This document shows, one piece after another, positions 26,019 through 38,189 of a stretch of 61,890 nt of DNA. Source of the DNA: Chiloscyllium plagiosum (lineage: Eukaryota); contig NC_057756.1 of NCBI RefSeq assembly GCF_004010195.1, positions 1,557,476 through 1,619,365 of the forward strand. Direction: 5' to 3'. Under the pieces are notes generated by a model. It saw nothing but the letters and a program-made list of their open reading frames with translations. It searched no databases and was not told the origin of the DNA. Made by a program: the position numbers and the translations under genes. Each line of letters begins with the position of its first letter. Within the stretch, counting starts at the first letter, position 1.

Positions 26019-28069
26019 CTGTATTCATATGGGCAAGTTGAAACAGGTAACCTCTTATAATTCATATCGTAAAGAGTGAACACATTCCGATGGAAAACTA
26101 GACATTATTACTGATGCAAAATCAAAATGCAAAGTGTGAATTTTGGTTGGCAAACCCATTTTAATGTGTATATATTTCAATAGTGGTGCACACCATTCGG
26201 TTTTCAGCCATGAATTGCACGTTCGTCTGAATGTATATTATCTAGATCTTGACCCAGATCATCAGTGAAGTGTGTTTGCCATAAGCAAAGGAAAGCAATC
26301 CAAAACGGTGCAGAGTTAATCATTATGAATCATAGCATTACATAAAAATGGATTCTGTTGGAATTCCTACACGAACTCCATCCACTAACCATGTGGACAT
26401 CTGCTTTTCTTATTATGTTATAATCATGACACTATCATGTCATGAAAGTAACTTGCTGCACTGAAAGAGTCCTTAGTAATTAGTATTGCTATTCAACTGA
26501 ATTTAAACGATTAGATTCCTGCTTAATAGCAAGTCATCATTTCATAACCTGAATATGTATTTGTTGATCACCATTTAATTGTTTTATTTTGTGTTCTGTA
26601 CGTATGATTCGTCTTCCAATGTATTTTCCATAATAGGTCCTGTGTTTGCAACTAAAGTAAAGGCGCTCAGCTCTCTTTGAATCTTTTTTCAATGACACAA
26701 ATCAATGATGTCATCTAATTTGATTTCACCAATCAGATGAGTGCATCTTTTTTCTCTGTGAAAAACATAGATTTGTTCTTTTAACATACTAATGACAAAT
26801 TTAGTGTTATATTTGGATCTTCGGTCATATTCCAACGAAGAATCCACTCGAGCTGTAATATGCCTGTTATCATGGCACGAATACTCTCTGCCACAAATCA
26901 GAAAGTGGGCACGACTGAAATGGAGGTTTAGCAGTTTACAAGTATTAGTATCGACTGGACACATCTTTATCCAGACAATATTGTACACATCACCGTCAGT
27001 AGACATGCAGAAATCCTTTAAACAGCGTTACATTGACATTGGTTCCTCTTTAGACTTTATCATATTGGCCAGGAAGACACGAATGATTCTGTTCTAAATG
27101 GTGTTTCTGTCATTTTCTGTAGCACCCACCCATCCCATTTTTCCAAACCCCTCCAGCCTGAACATTATCTGAGCTCACTATGTGGTTTAATCGTTAACCT
27201 TTAAAATAAAATCCATTACATTATTTGTTCTTTATGTCTCACGTGGTGCCCAGAAACATGCCTAATAAGATGCACTGAAACATTTGTTCAGTTTGTGCAA
27301 TCATTTTGGAATCTATCTTAATTTTTTGCACCTACATGGGATGTTCGATACATTGGCTGAAAATAAAATATTGCAATTCGATTTTAACTCCTTGAAAAAA
27401 AACGGTGGAAATTATCGTCCTTAACATCATTAATCCGGTTGCTTAAATCCCGTCATTGACTGAGTTACAAAATTTGAACACAGCCAGATAGAACCACGAT
27501 AGATAGGCACCATATCCACAGCATTCTTTACCTCCATCACTGATGCTTAATAACCAAAATGTGTAGTATCTACAAGATGAGCTATAAGAATGCAATAAAT
27601 GGCTACAGATATCATGTTGTATCACATTAACAACGTTCCCAAACTGTCAGAGAGCAGATCCACGCGAACACCACCACTTCAATGTTCAATTACAAAGCAC
27701 ACAACATCATAATTTCGAAATATGTCACAGTTGTTAATCGATATCTTGATATTGTTCAATGATTGTTGCATTTGGAAATAGACTGCTTCAGTGCTTGAGG
27801 ATTCATAAAATGAAAAACTGCGGAGTAGTCAAGGAAAATCTCAATTCCCATGACCAATCATGAGCCTCACACTGGCTCTGCACCACTGCTGCCTCACAGT
27901 GGCAACGTTCAAGATTTGATTCCACTCTCTGGCAGTTGTCTGTGTGGGGATTGCACATTGTCTTTATGTCTGCATGGGTTTCTGGTTTCCTCCCACAGTT
28001 CACCGATGTGCAGTTTTGGTACAATCACAATATTAACTGATCATGTTTGGTCGACAGGCAATATTAAAA

Positions 28070-28975
28070 ACTGTAAATTTGCTTCGCCCGCGTTCTCCAA
28101 TGACCTCCACCAGATCTCAGCCGCTTACCGAACCTCCAACCTTGAAAGCCAACCTTACAATCGCAATAACGTTAGAATCTTCTTGTCCTCTACTTCCACC
28201 CCACAAACCTCCAGATATATCTCATTATCCTCTGCGATTTCCACCACCTCAAAAAGACCTCATCACCAAGGACATGTTTCCCTCTCCACCGCTAATTTCT
28301 CGTGTTAGGTCCACGCCCCCACGAAAGCACTTTGCATTCCCAGCACCTTGCCGTGCCACCACAATGTCTTTAAAACCTGCACTCACACCTCAACCCCTTA
28401 CCTCCGTCCGAGGGTCCAAAGGAGCCTTCCAAATTCGTTAGAGCTTTACCTGTACTTCCACACAAGTCATCTAATGTTTCCATGCCTCCTGATGTGCTCT
28501 ACTCTACTTTGAGGAGACAGGAAACCAACTTGCAGAATGTTATAGAGAGTATCTCTGTGACAAACACTCAAAACCATCCTACCACCCAGTTACCGAACAC
28601 TTTAACTACCCCTCCCACTCTGAAAGACATTCAAGTCCTGGGCCTCCTCCACTGGTAAACACTTAACACCTGGCCCCTGGAGGAGGAACGCCTCATTTTC
28701 AATCTTGGGACAAAGGAGCTACACGGGTCAATGTGGATCTAACCAGTTTCCTCATTTCCCCTCCCCTCAATGTTCCTCAGATCCGACCTTTCAACTTGGC
28801 ACTGACCTGTTGACCTATCCTGCCTGTCCGTCTTTCTTCCCCTATCGGCTCCATCCTTATCTCAGACCTATCATGTTCGCAGCTAATTTAATCTACCTAT
28901 CGCATTTTCAGCTAACTTCTCCCCAGCCCCACCACCCTGCCATTCATCTCTCCGCCCTCAATGGTCCACAAGCCT
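28070..28975 (+). mobile_element. Decayed Penelope-like 3' region (GIY-YIG + 3' repeat), interrupting an HE1-type SINE (27880-28020 / 29110-29250)
   Basis: PLTSVRGSKGAFQIR, LYxxET...LAEC..E remnants; ends in a hammerhead-type short repeat. Confidence 0.65.
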
Positions 28976-29793
28976 TGTTCCTACTGAAAACCTTATGCTC
29001 GAAACATCGACTCTTCTGCTCCTCAGATGCTACCTGACAGGCTGTGCTTTTTCAGTACTACAGTCTTGTAGTCTGATCTCCAGCATCTGTATTCCTCACT
29101 TTCCACTGACAGTATTAACTTTGCCTAGGGATATGCAGGCTCGGCATATTAGCCATAGGAGGGATAAGGTAGTGAGGTGGGTCTGTGTTGAATAGTTTTC
29201 GGTGGGTTGATATGCACTCAATGGCCCTAATGGCCTGCTTTCATACTGTTGAATGCCTATTCTATCACCATAAAAGCTGAAGATGCTTGGTCCGTGAAGG
29301 TCTCATGCACAGAGATCCTGCAGCTAGGATAGCGGATTTAAAATAACAAAAGCAATCTTATCGAGAATGAAGTGTGGCATAAACTGGTGGCGAGATTCTG
29401 ACTGAATCCCCATTGGCCTAAGTCGAATGGTGGCCACAGACGAGTTGTCGTTTGTTATGTAACAAACCTCCTTCATTAGTACGATCCTTTATCGTAGGAA
29501 GCTTTGTTCTTATGCGGTCTTATCTAAATATGACTTCTGGACAACAGGTAGTATGCTTGAGCTTTGTTGGGCCTCCGAAAATTCCATGCAAGCTATTCAG
29601 TTGCACAGGTCATTCAGAAATCTCAGAACATAATAAAACAAATAAGGATATGTTGTAGACCTTGGTACTGGAGCGACAAAGGGAAGCTCAACCTTACAAA
29701 TCATTCATTCAAATATCAAGTGGTTAAGTTCAAAAATGGGAGAGATGATCCGAACAGATTCCACTCAGCATAAGCATGCACAAGGATTCATAC

Positions 29794-29829
29794 CTTGCAG
29801 GGAGTGTTCCAGGCACAGTGTCTTCATCT
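29794..29829 (-). CDS. Candidate micro-exon, 36 nt: EMKTLCLEHSLQ
   Basis: caatcag|AGATGAAG...CTGCAAG|gtatga; right size and phase, but weak pyrimidine tract and imperfect heptad fit. Confidence 0.55.
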
Positions 29830-30930
29830 CTGATTGTGCTTACTTCCATCCTCTGGGCAGACTGAACAGCAGTGTTCTACAAGCTTACAACATTGTCTCC
29901 CGGTATGCCAAAGTCTCATAGCCTCAATGACAAGAAAATGTCCTGTATACTAATCCCAGTCTCTCCACACTCATCGCTGCATCCCTCTGGCGTTCGAAAT
30001 AGTTCTTTCCCTGTTGGGCATCCATTGAATTAAACACCAGGAGTACCAAGGAATTGCAACGAACTCGGGAGGGAGACATCATAGGTCAGCGCTAATAGTA
30101 ACTGGGAATCACAAACTCTAATCTAGCTAGTCGAGCTATAAAGTTCCTGGTTATTAGGCACATTCCTGGCAGGTGGTGAGATAAAGAAAAATTGGAAGCA
30201 GACATCTGGACAAAAGCATTCCATCCTCTGAATAGAGCAGTTTTTTGACTGAAAGAAAAATGTCTTAATGTTAGTTTTTGAAATAATTGGCATTTCTTCT
30301 CTATTCTGCATTGCCAGAGTTGATCACCATCTGCTGACTTCCTTTCCCATCACGAAAGATACTTTCATCCCTGGTACCAATGCTTTTTTGCCAGCTGTAC
30401 CCATCATGATCTATAATTACAAGTTACCCGCAATGCCATCTAACCCAACAATCTGCCCAGTATGATTTCTGAAAATCTAGCAATATATCCAACATCCAAA
30501 TGGCAAGCGTCTCACCTGGCTCTCTAATTAACTGGCACATAACGTTTGTGACATCGTACCCCCAAGTCAATTGGTAGCAAGTTCTGCTTTCACGCTATTT
30601 TCACGTAACCTTGATATCATAATTTTCTGATACACGACTCTTTACACGTTTATCGTTGCACTATACCAAAACAACTAAAACAACTTCCTGTATACACAAA
30701 ATTAGGAAGAACTTGTCAGAGGGGCGTCTGATTGCAAATGATAGCTGTCAATATAATCTTCCATCGCGCCTGGCTTGCAGCTAAGCTGTAAAAGAAAAGT
30801 TCGAACTTTTGTAAGGGCCTGTTTCTGAATAGGCCCTGTGGAGTATCTCATCTCAGACATGCTGAACTGCTGTTTCTCGAGGTTTAAGTTGCGTTTACTT
30901 ATTACTCCATCACAACTGCTTTCTTTGTAT

Positions 30931-31510
30931 GTAGTTTTGCTCACTGAGCCGCAAGGTTCATTTCCAGATGTTTCGCTACCAGACTAGGTAACATCTTCAG
31001 TGAGCCTCCGGATGAAGCACTGCTTCGTATTTATATGTTTGGGGTTCTATGGGCTGGTGATGCCATTTCCTGTGGTGATATCATTTCCCACAGTGATGCC
31101 ATTTCCTATGACAATGTCATTTCCTGTTCTTTTTCTTGGGGTGGTAAATGGGGTTTATGTCAATGTGTTTGTTCATAAGAGTTCTAGTGGGAATGCCATG
31201 CTTCTATCAAAAAACACATTGAGTTGGACTCCATTTGTCACCCTCTGAGAAAAAGAACATGAAATGACACCACCATAGGAAATGACATCACCACTGGAAA
31301 TAGCGTCACCGCAGAGAATGTCATCAGCAACCCAAAGAAGCCCAAACATGCAATTAGAAAGCAGGAACCATCAGCAGTGCTTCATCTGGAGTCTCACTGA
31401 AGATGTTACCTTGTATGGTGCCGAAACGCCTGAAAATGAATCTTTCAGCTCAGCAAGCAAACCTACATCCAGAACATCAGCCTGAGCTACAAAACTTCTC
31501 AAACCTCGCT
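30931..31510. mobile_element. Fold-back PLE-derived non-autonomous element with a hammerhead-like motif in each arm
   Basis: Inverted arms (GTGATGYCATTTCC repeats vs GAAATGACA repeats); right arm CTGAAGA-TGTTACC..GGTGCC-GAAAC; same CCTGAGCTACAAA tail as the 54070 element. Confidence 0.75.
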
Positions 31511-31829
31511 AAATTATTTCTCGTCTGCCCCACTGGCGAAGCTACAAAGCAGCAAATGATAGACGGATTAAAGTATGTGTATCAGCTCCCATTCGAATCT
31601 AAGCTCCAGAACTATGCCACATCCACTACGGTTAATGGTACTAAACCTTTCAACAAATTATTGAGGTCTCCCTTCTGATGTGTTAGAGATTATTGAGTTT
31701 AGGAAACGAATTTTAGAATCCCTTCAGTTACGACATGGTGAGTGATTTCTAGCTTTAACAAAAGTCTAATTAATAATAACTTCAACATGACAACAGCAAC
31801 CACGTTGTCAGTTGTACAATGACAACGCT

Positions 31830-32285
31830 TTCATATTTTTTCATTTGTGGGACATGGACATCACTCGCTGGCCAGCATTGATACCCTTGCCCTATTTGCT
31901 CTTGCGAAAGTGGTGGTGGGTAGGCTTCACTTGCTGTGGGTCATTTCTTTGCTGTGACTTTCTAGAGATTGATACAAGTGAGTGGCTTGTTAGGCCATTT
32001 CAGCGAGCACTGGAGAGTCTCCCACGTTGCTGTGGCTCTGGGGTCACGTGTAGGTCAGATCAGGTATGAATGAAAGATTTCCTTTCCTGAAGGAGACTAG
32101 TGAACCAGATGGATTTTTTTCCCGAAAATTGAAATTGGTTTATTAGTCATCAGGTGAGTTTAATTCCAGGTTTTGCATATTGAATTCAAATTCCACCATC
32201 TGCCCTGGTGGGATTCGAACCTACGTCCCCAGAATATTCTTCTGGGTTTTTGGATTAAGAGTCGAGCAATAATACCACTTGGAGA
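31830..32285 (-). mobile_element. tRNA-derived SINE, SacSINE1/DeuSINE-like
   Basis: B-box GGTTCGAATCCC on minus strand near 32215; body shared with 45110-45800 and 61605-61740. Confidence 0.6.
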
Positions 32286-32684
32286 CAGTGAGATCTGCAG
32301 GTGGTGGAGATCACAGCACGGCAGGCAGCAGCTGAGGAGCAGGAAAATAATTAACACAACTAGGCCATCGTCTCCACCATTTCATTTTTGCGACATTGCC
32401 GAGTGTTCTTTGATGCTGTACTCAATAACAGTCCATTTTAATGTTAGGATCTGTTGGCAAGCCTCATGCCTGGAGTACAACTCATTCTTTCATATTTTGA
32501 CAAAACATTTAACTGTCACTGGAGATAACTGTCCACAATGAAACAATGTGCAGATTATCCTGATTTAAATACTGCTTCAATGCGCTATTGACGTTTCCTT
32601 CAATCTTCTCTCTTGATAGTAAAGCGCAGAGATAATCATGCCAATTGACTGTATGCGACTTCTCTTGGTTTTAGAACAAAGGTC

Positions 32685-33650
32685 AATAAAACAAAGAGCA
32701 GTGCTGCACAGGAAGGCCCCTTTTCCCTCCACACCTTAGCCAATCGTTATGCTCGATCTAAAACAATAAAACAAAACTTGTGCTTTTATTTGGTCGATAG
32801 CCCTCTACTCTTTCATTAAGTTAACCATCCAGATGCCGCTTAATTGTCGTCAAAATGTTTGTTTCCGTCATCTCCTCTGGCAGTATGTTAAAGGTTACTA
32901 CCACTTCCCTCGTAGATCTCCCTTAGACTTTCCCCTGCTTTCCTTGAACCTATACCTCCTTGTTAACGTAAATTCAAATCTGAGAAGAATTCTCTGGCTA
33001 CCTACCCTATCTATGCTTTTCATAATTCTGCAGATCTCTATCAGGTCTCTTCTAGGCTGTCGTCTTACCAATGAAAGGAATCCTTGTCTTTTTAACGTTT
33101 CCTCTTAGCCACGCTTTAGAGAGTAGGAAACATCCTGGCGAACCTGCTGTGTGCAATCTCCAAATTTTCCACAACCTTCTGTTACTGTAGCGATCACAAT
33201 CAAGCACAATGCTCCAAAGGCAAAATGGCTTGCCAACTTTTTTCCTCTATGTCCCAACCGTTGAAGTCAAGGACGTCATTTTTAGGGAAATTTGGACCTG
33301 CTTATCCAAATCCATCTTTATGTTAATATTACAAGTGTTCTGATATTTACGTTATAAATCACACCTACATCTAATCCTCCAAAATGCATCACACCACGTT
33401 TGTCTGGATTAAGCTCCACCTGTATTTTCAGCGCTCAAGTCGCCAATCTATGTATATACTTGCACAATTCCCGTTATTATCAGCAACTCCAGAAATTGAC
33501 CAATCAGATCTACCACGTTTCCTTCACGACCATTGTTTTATATTGCGAAAAAACACAGGCTCCATTAGAACAGACAACCTGTCTCCATTATGTAAAACAC
33601 CCTTCTATCACTCCTGCCTGTTTTCATGACCAAGTCAGTTTTGTATCCAG
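32685..33650 (-). mobile_element. Decayed CR1 RT/3' region
   Basis: Recognisable CR1 3' segments (ctctatcaggtc..., aacatcctggcgaacct...). Confidence 0.65.
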
Positions 33651-34190
33651 GAGAAAGTGAGGTCTGCAGATACTGGAAATCAGAGTCGAGAATGTGGTGC
33701 TAGGAAAGCACAGCAGGTCAGGCAGTATCAAAGGAACAGGAGAATCGACTTTTCAGGCATAAGCCTTGCCAGCCTATCCAGAAAGCCGTGTGAGCTTTTG
33801 GGCCATTAACCACACAAATCTTTTCAGAATACACAACAAAACATATATTGAAAGATGTTAATGCACATAAATGCATCGTCAAGTGTTTCACCAAACAAAA
33901 TGTGTGTGTGTGCATGCATGCGCATAAATACACATATATATGCTCATATACAAGTTTTATATGCATAGCACTTCAAGTTCACAAAAGTATTATACTCATT
34001 TAATGAAGGAAAGTCAACAATTAAAGGTCATGTTTTATCAAAGAACAAAGACATTTGGCACCACTGTCCAATGAACAAACTTTGAATATTTCAGACTGCA
34101 GCATCAACTAAGTATGACAGACCGTATAAATTATGAAGTATGATTAAGGTAACCTTAAATTGCAAATGCAAACTGACAAAATGCATTCAC

Positions 34191-34217
34191 CTCTGAGCTT
34201 CTCAAGATTCATTTCGT
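34191..34217 (-). CDS. Micro-exon, 27 nt: DEMNLEKLR
   Basis: ttaaacag|ACGAAATGAATCTTGAGAAGCTCAGAG|gtgaat. Confidence 0.7.
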
Positions 34218-35045
34218 CTGTTTAACGTGACAAAATAAAGACGATTTATTTAAATGTTAAAAGGACAAAACATTCTTTTAGTGATTTTCTTTGAGAAAAT
34301 TCCATTCCTTGAAACATAGTTGTCATTGTTGTGCAGTAGACACAATAGTACATTAAGACATAACAAAAAAGAAACGACGTGTTGTGCAAATCAGTTGATG
34401 CTGCAATTTTGATAGCGGACATGAAGACGTAGAAGGAAAAGCATCGTGCATACCATGGTCGAATATTCACACTCGCATATCAGGCTCATTATCAATATTT
34501 GTTTAATCGTTAAATCTGTTTGACGGTCCACCAAGTACTACAGTCCCTCTGGAGTGTAAATTGCCATGATTCACGAGAGGTCATGTGAGAGGCATGCTAT
34601 CAATTTGAGGATTATACATCAAAGAGTTTGGTGGAATTCTTTTCAAATTTATATCTATTAATTGACAGATTAACGTGTGTTTTCTTTGTGTTGCAGGTTC
34701 TTTGACAATTTCTGGCCTGAGGGTAGAAGAAGTATAAATCACCAGAAATGCATTCGCTCTAAATAGTATTTTCCAAATGAATGAGTGTAACTGGTTAAAG
34801 TCCTTGCAGTTTGGAGATCTTTGTTTCAATAAAAGAAAAGTAGTGTTCAAACAAGTAGATCAATATCCGCGAGAACTGCGTGTTTCTTTCATTCAGATAA
34901 TGGCCGATCTCATAATGATGCCATTTTAGTACATCAAAAGCAGCAGGTCTCTACTGTCCACATTATACATAATAATATAGAATTAATAATCGTTTGAAAC
35001 TTCGAAGGGAAATAGTGACGCCAGCAACAGAAAATTCAGTATTAC

Positions 35046-35063
35046 CTGCCTTTATCTTTTCTT
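35046..35063 (-). CDS. Micro-exon, 18 nt: EEKIKA
   Basis: Strong T-tract ...ttattttcaatataacag|AAGAAAAGATAAAGGCAG|gtaata. Confidence 0.7.
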
Positions 35064-36312
35064 CTGTTATATTGAAAATAAAAAAAAATACAGATATTTT
35101 TTCAATGCAAGAACAACATTGAACATATTTTCTGGATAAGTAACAACTTTCCAATCTGCCCTGAAAGTCTGCATACTTTGCTATCGTTTAAGTTGAAGAC
35201 GTTTTGCAGCAATAGTTTTCTACTTCTACAACCAAGGTGGCAACAGCTCGCAGGAGTGTTTGAACTCAAGATTTATATGTCCTCAAAAGTAAGATAAAAA
35301 GAACATTTATTAATTATATTGCATCAGAGAAAAATAACTGAACAGCGAAAAAAAATGTAATTTCCTTCAGCTCCAATTTCTGGCGATCTAGCCTTTTAAC
35401 CATGAAGGTAACACATACTTGAGAGGAACAGAACGGTTTCAGGTAATATTCAGGAATTACATTTAGATAATATTTGAACACTGGTAAAGAAATGTGTCAT
35501 GTTACGTTCAGTAAATAGGTTTTTGATCCTTCTTGCGGAGTGTGGCATGTTAGTCATGTTCTATATTTTTAGAAAAAGAGCCAGAACACGTGTCACAAAT
35601 TAAAACTCATTCAAAAAATGTATCACATTTAACTAGATATTTCGAATGATGTCAAGATCAAAACCAAGAATAGTCTCTTTTTTTCAAACGTTCCTACCCT
35701 AAAATGAATGTTTCGAACACATCACCATGTCCTTTTCAGAAGAGCCAACGCCAAAGATAAGCTTGAGTTTGAACTGTGTATTGCAGCATTGTGAAAATAT
35801 TTAAGGCTTGCAAGAAACGATCCCATGTAACGGGGAATGTTCAATTCTCATAACAATTCACATGTAAAGTACTACGGATTTATTAGCTGTTCTTGGCGAA
35901 GTTGGTAGCTGAGAGCTCGTGGAAGGTTTTATGTGATAGTGATGTGACAGAGAAGAAACCATGAACCGAAAAATTATACAGTATTCGTTTGAATAACCGA
36001 TTGAAACTGAAGAAAGCTTCCCCGGCTTTCCAGTGTTTGAACTGTACATTACCTTTGTGTACATTTATCTACATACAGTTATACATTAGAACATTAGAGA
36101 AGAGAAATGACAGTTTTATATGATACTGAACATACCAAGCAGTGCATTACTGAGTATAGTGTGAATAGTGAACCGATTTTAAAGCAACATATGCTGTTTT
36201 CTTGTTAATTTGCATCACATTAACAAAATAATTGAATGAAGCTATCAGTTGTAAATGAACGAAGTCTTTTCAAAGCGAATTATTTGCATGGTTTTAAATT
36301 ATCTCAACTCAC

Positions 36313-36348
36313 CTAACTCAGCAATGTTCTTCTGCATAGTTCGTTGCG
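36313..36348 (-). CDS. Micro-exon, 36 nt: AQRTMQKNIAEL
   Basis: tacttttcag|CGCAACG...GAGTTAG|gtgagt, both sites near consensus; first residue depends on the upstream exon. Confidence 0.8.
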   Translation of the reverse strand, partial: RNELCRRTLLS

Positions 36349-37741
36349 CTGAAAAGTAATCAAGGTTTTAAGTAATTTTCTTATGGGAAGCTTAGCTGAA
36401 CATGTTGCTGGGATAATATTTTGCTTGTGACATATGGAAGTCTGTGATAGGAATATCGTGTGAGGGCAATCAGGCACGTGGCCTGGGGGATGAATAATTT
36501 GAAAGTGTGTATTGAGTAAAGAAATGCAAAAATATTATCTCGCCTGCTGCCCGACGCCCAACAGGACAAGAAAAAGTCAGAAAAGTTACGTATCATTAAA
36601 GTCTAAGCTAGCAAGGAGTACACAATTGAAAACGGAATGAAGCCTGAGAAAAGTGTACAAGATTATATGCGTGGGCACTATTTCCCTTGTAACAGTACAA
36701 AAAAGCTACAATTTGTTTTGATAGAGTAACTCGGAATTCGGAGTACACTGCATTGAAAGTTTGCAGCAGATAGAAAAAAAATCTCTATTTGGAGCACAAC
36801 TGGCTATAGATTTTTGGCGATTTTTATTAGAAATAATAATTCTTGGTATGTGATGCTTTTTCAATGCAGCGAATTCAAAAGCGAATTGTATAATTAATTT
36901 ATCCCCATGGTTATCAATGCTGTGAGGAAGTCAATATATTGATTCGAAACTAAAACCTTGTTCTGAATTCTAAACAAAATATGAAAAGACAGCGAGGTTG
37001 GAAAATCTTATCCTAGTGTTGTGATTATTCCGTCATACAATTTCCCCATCATATTATACGTTATAAATGACCAATTCAGTAGATTTTTGACGAGATTAAT
37101 TCTAAATACTGACCCAGATTCAGGAATATCATATTAAGTATCGTTCAATACCACTCTTGAAACACAGTAGTCAACTGTTTAAGTTTATTGGATGATGTAA
37201 CTATAACACTCAGAAGTATTTAGTGCTGCAACAGACAGAATCCTTGGAATCCGTGGACAGAGAAATTTAAACTTTCAAACGGACTGAATTAGTCGGTTTC
37301 ACAATGCTACAGTTCTAAATTTAATTTTGACAATATGACAACTACTGACAAATTTCCACTAAAAGCTATGGAATAGAATGCCAGGATAAACCTGACCTAG
37401 TCTATTGGAAATATTTCATATCGTATCCATGGTCAGTGAACATATCTGTCAATTATAATTCTAACTAAAACTTGTGGTCCACATATATTTGAAAACAGAT
37501 AATGTTCGTGGCCAAATAACTTGAGTTTTGATTAAGGAGAAAATAACGTGCAGTAAGAATCGTAGAATTATCACAGCTTGGATTGAATCAATTCGGCTGA
37601 TTGTTTCTATACCGACTCTAACCAACCATTGTAACTTACTGCAATATCACTTAACCTTTGCCGGAGCCTTTGCATATTACTTCGACTTTAATATTCATTT
37701 AATGAGCTGTTGTATATCTAATTTTAGTAAGTTTTCATTAC

Positions 37742-37777
37742 CTTTGCAGGCAGTACATTCCTGACCAGATATATTAC
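37742..37777 (-). CDS. Candidate micro-exon, 36 nt: GNISGQECTACK
   Basis: gttgtgcag|GTAAT...TGCAAAG|gtaatg; size and phase fit, acceptor context weak, not coiled-coil-like. Confidence 0.45.
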
Positions 37778-38189
37778 CTGCACAACAACGTTTTGTTCTC
37801 TCGAGTTACAACTGCCACATTTGCATCCGGACCTTCCACCTTTGCATTTCAATCTTTCTTTTATCGGCAGCACATAATCTCAATGAATGTACACAACCCA
37901 TAAATCGCATTTCTTAAAGTTCTATTGCAAATAATAAAACTTCCCATTAACTACAATTCTCTGTTTCCTATTTCAGAGTATTTTATCCAAGTCGCCATTT
38001 ACAGCGATATCAGCAACTTTACTTTTCTCACAAGTCTGAAGTAAACGCTATTTTGAAATGCTCTTTAAATTTCGTTGTCCATGATTTCTGCATCGCTATT
38101 CCATTTTGTGACTTCCATATTCAAAAGAACAGCAAACTCATGTTTTTCCTCCATGACAAATTTGGTAATAAATGTACATCCGAGTAACT

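Noticed and set aside
29844..29861. 18-nt candidate exon VCPEDG with good splice sites
   Set aside because: Only ~14 nt from the 29794-29829 exon, so both cannot be used, and no lectin domain follows; a mutually exclusive use is not excluded.
36053..36068. 16-nt minus-strand segment with tag/gtaatg boundaries between two micro-exons
   Set aside because: It shifts frame and leads to a stop; the heptad pattern is continuous without it.
3440..38000. Endogenous large DNA virus or Polinton as explanation for the AT-rich block
   Set aside because: No long ORFs or viral motifs; introns, micro-exons and decayed host TEs account for it.
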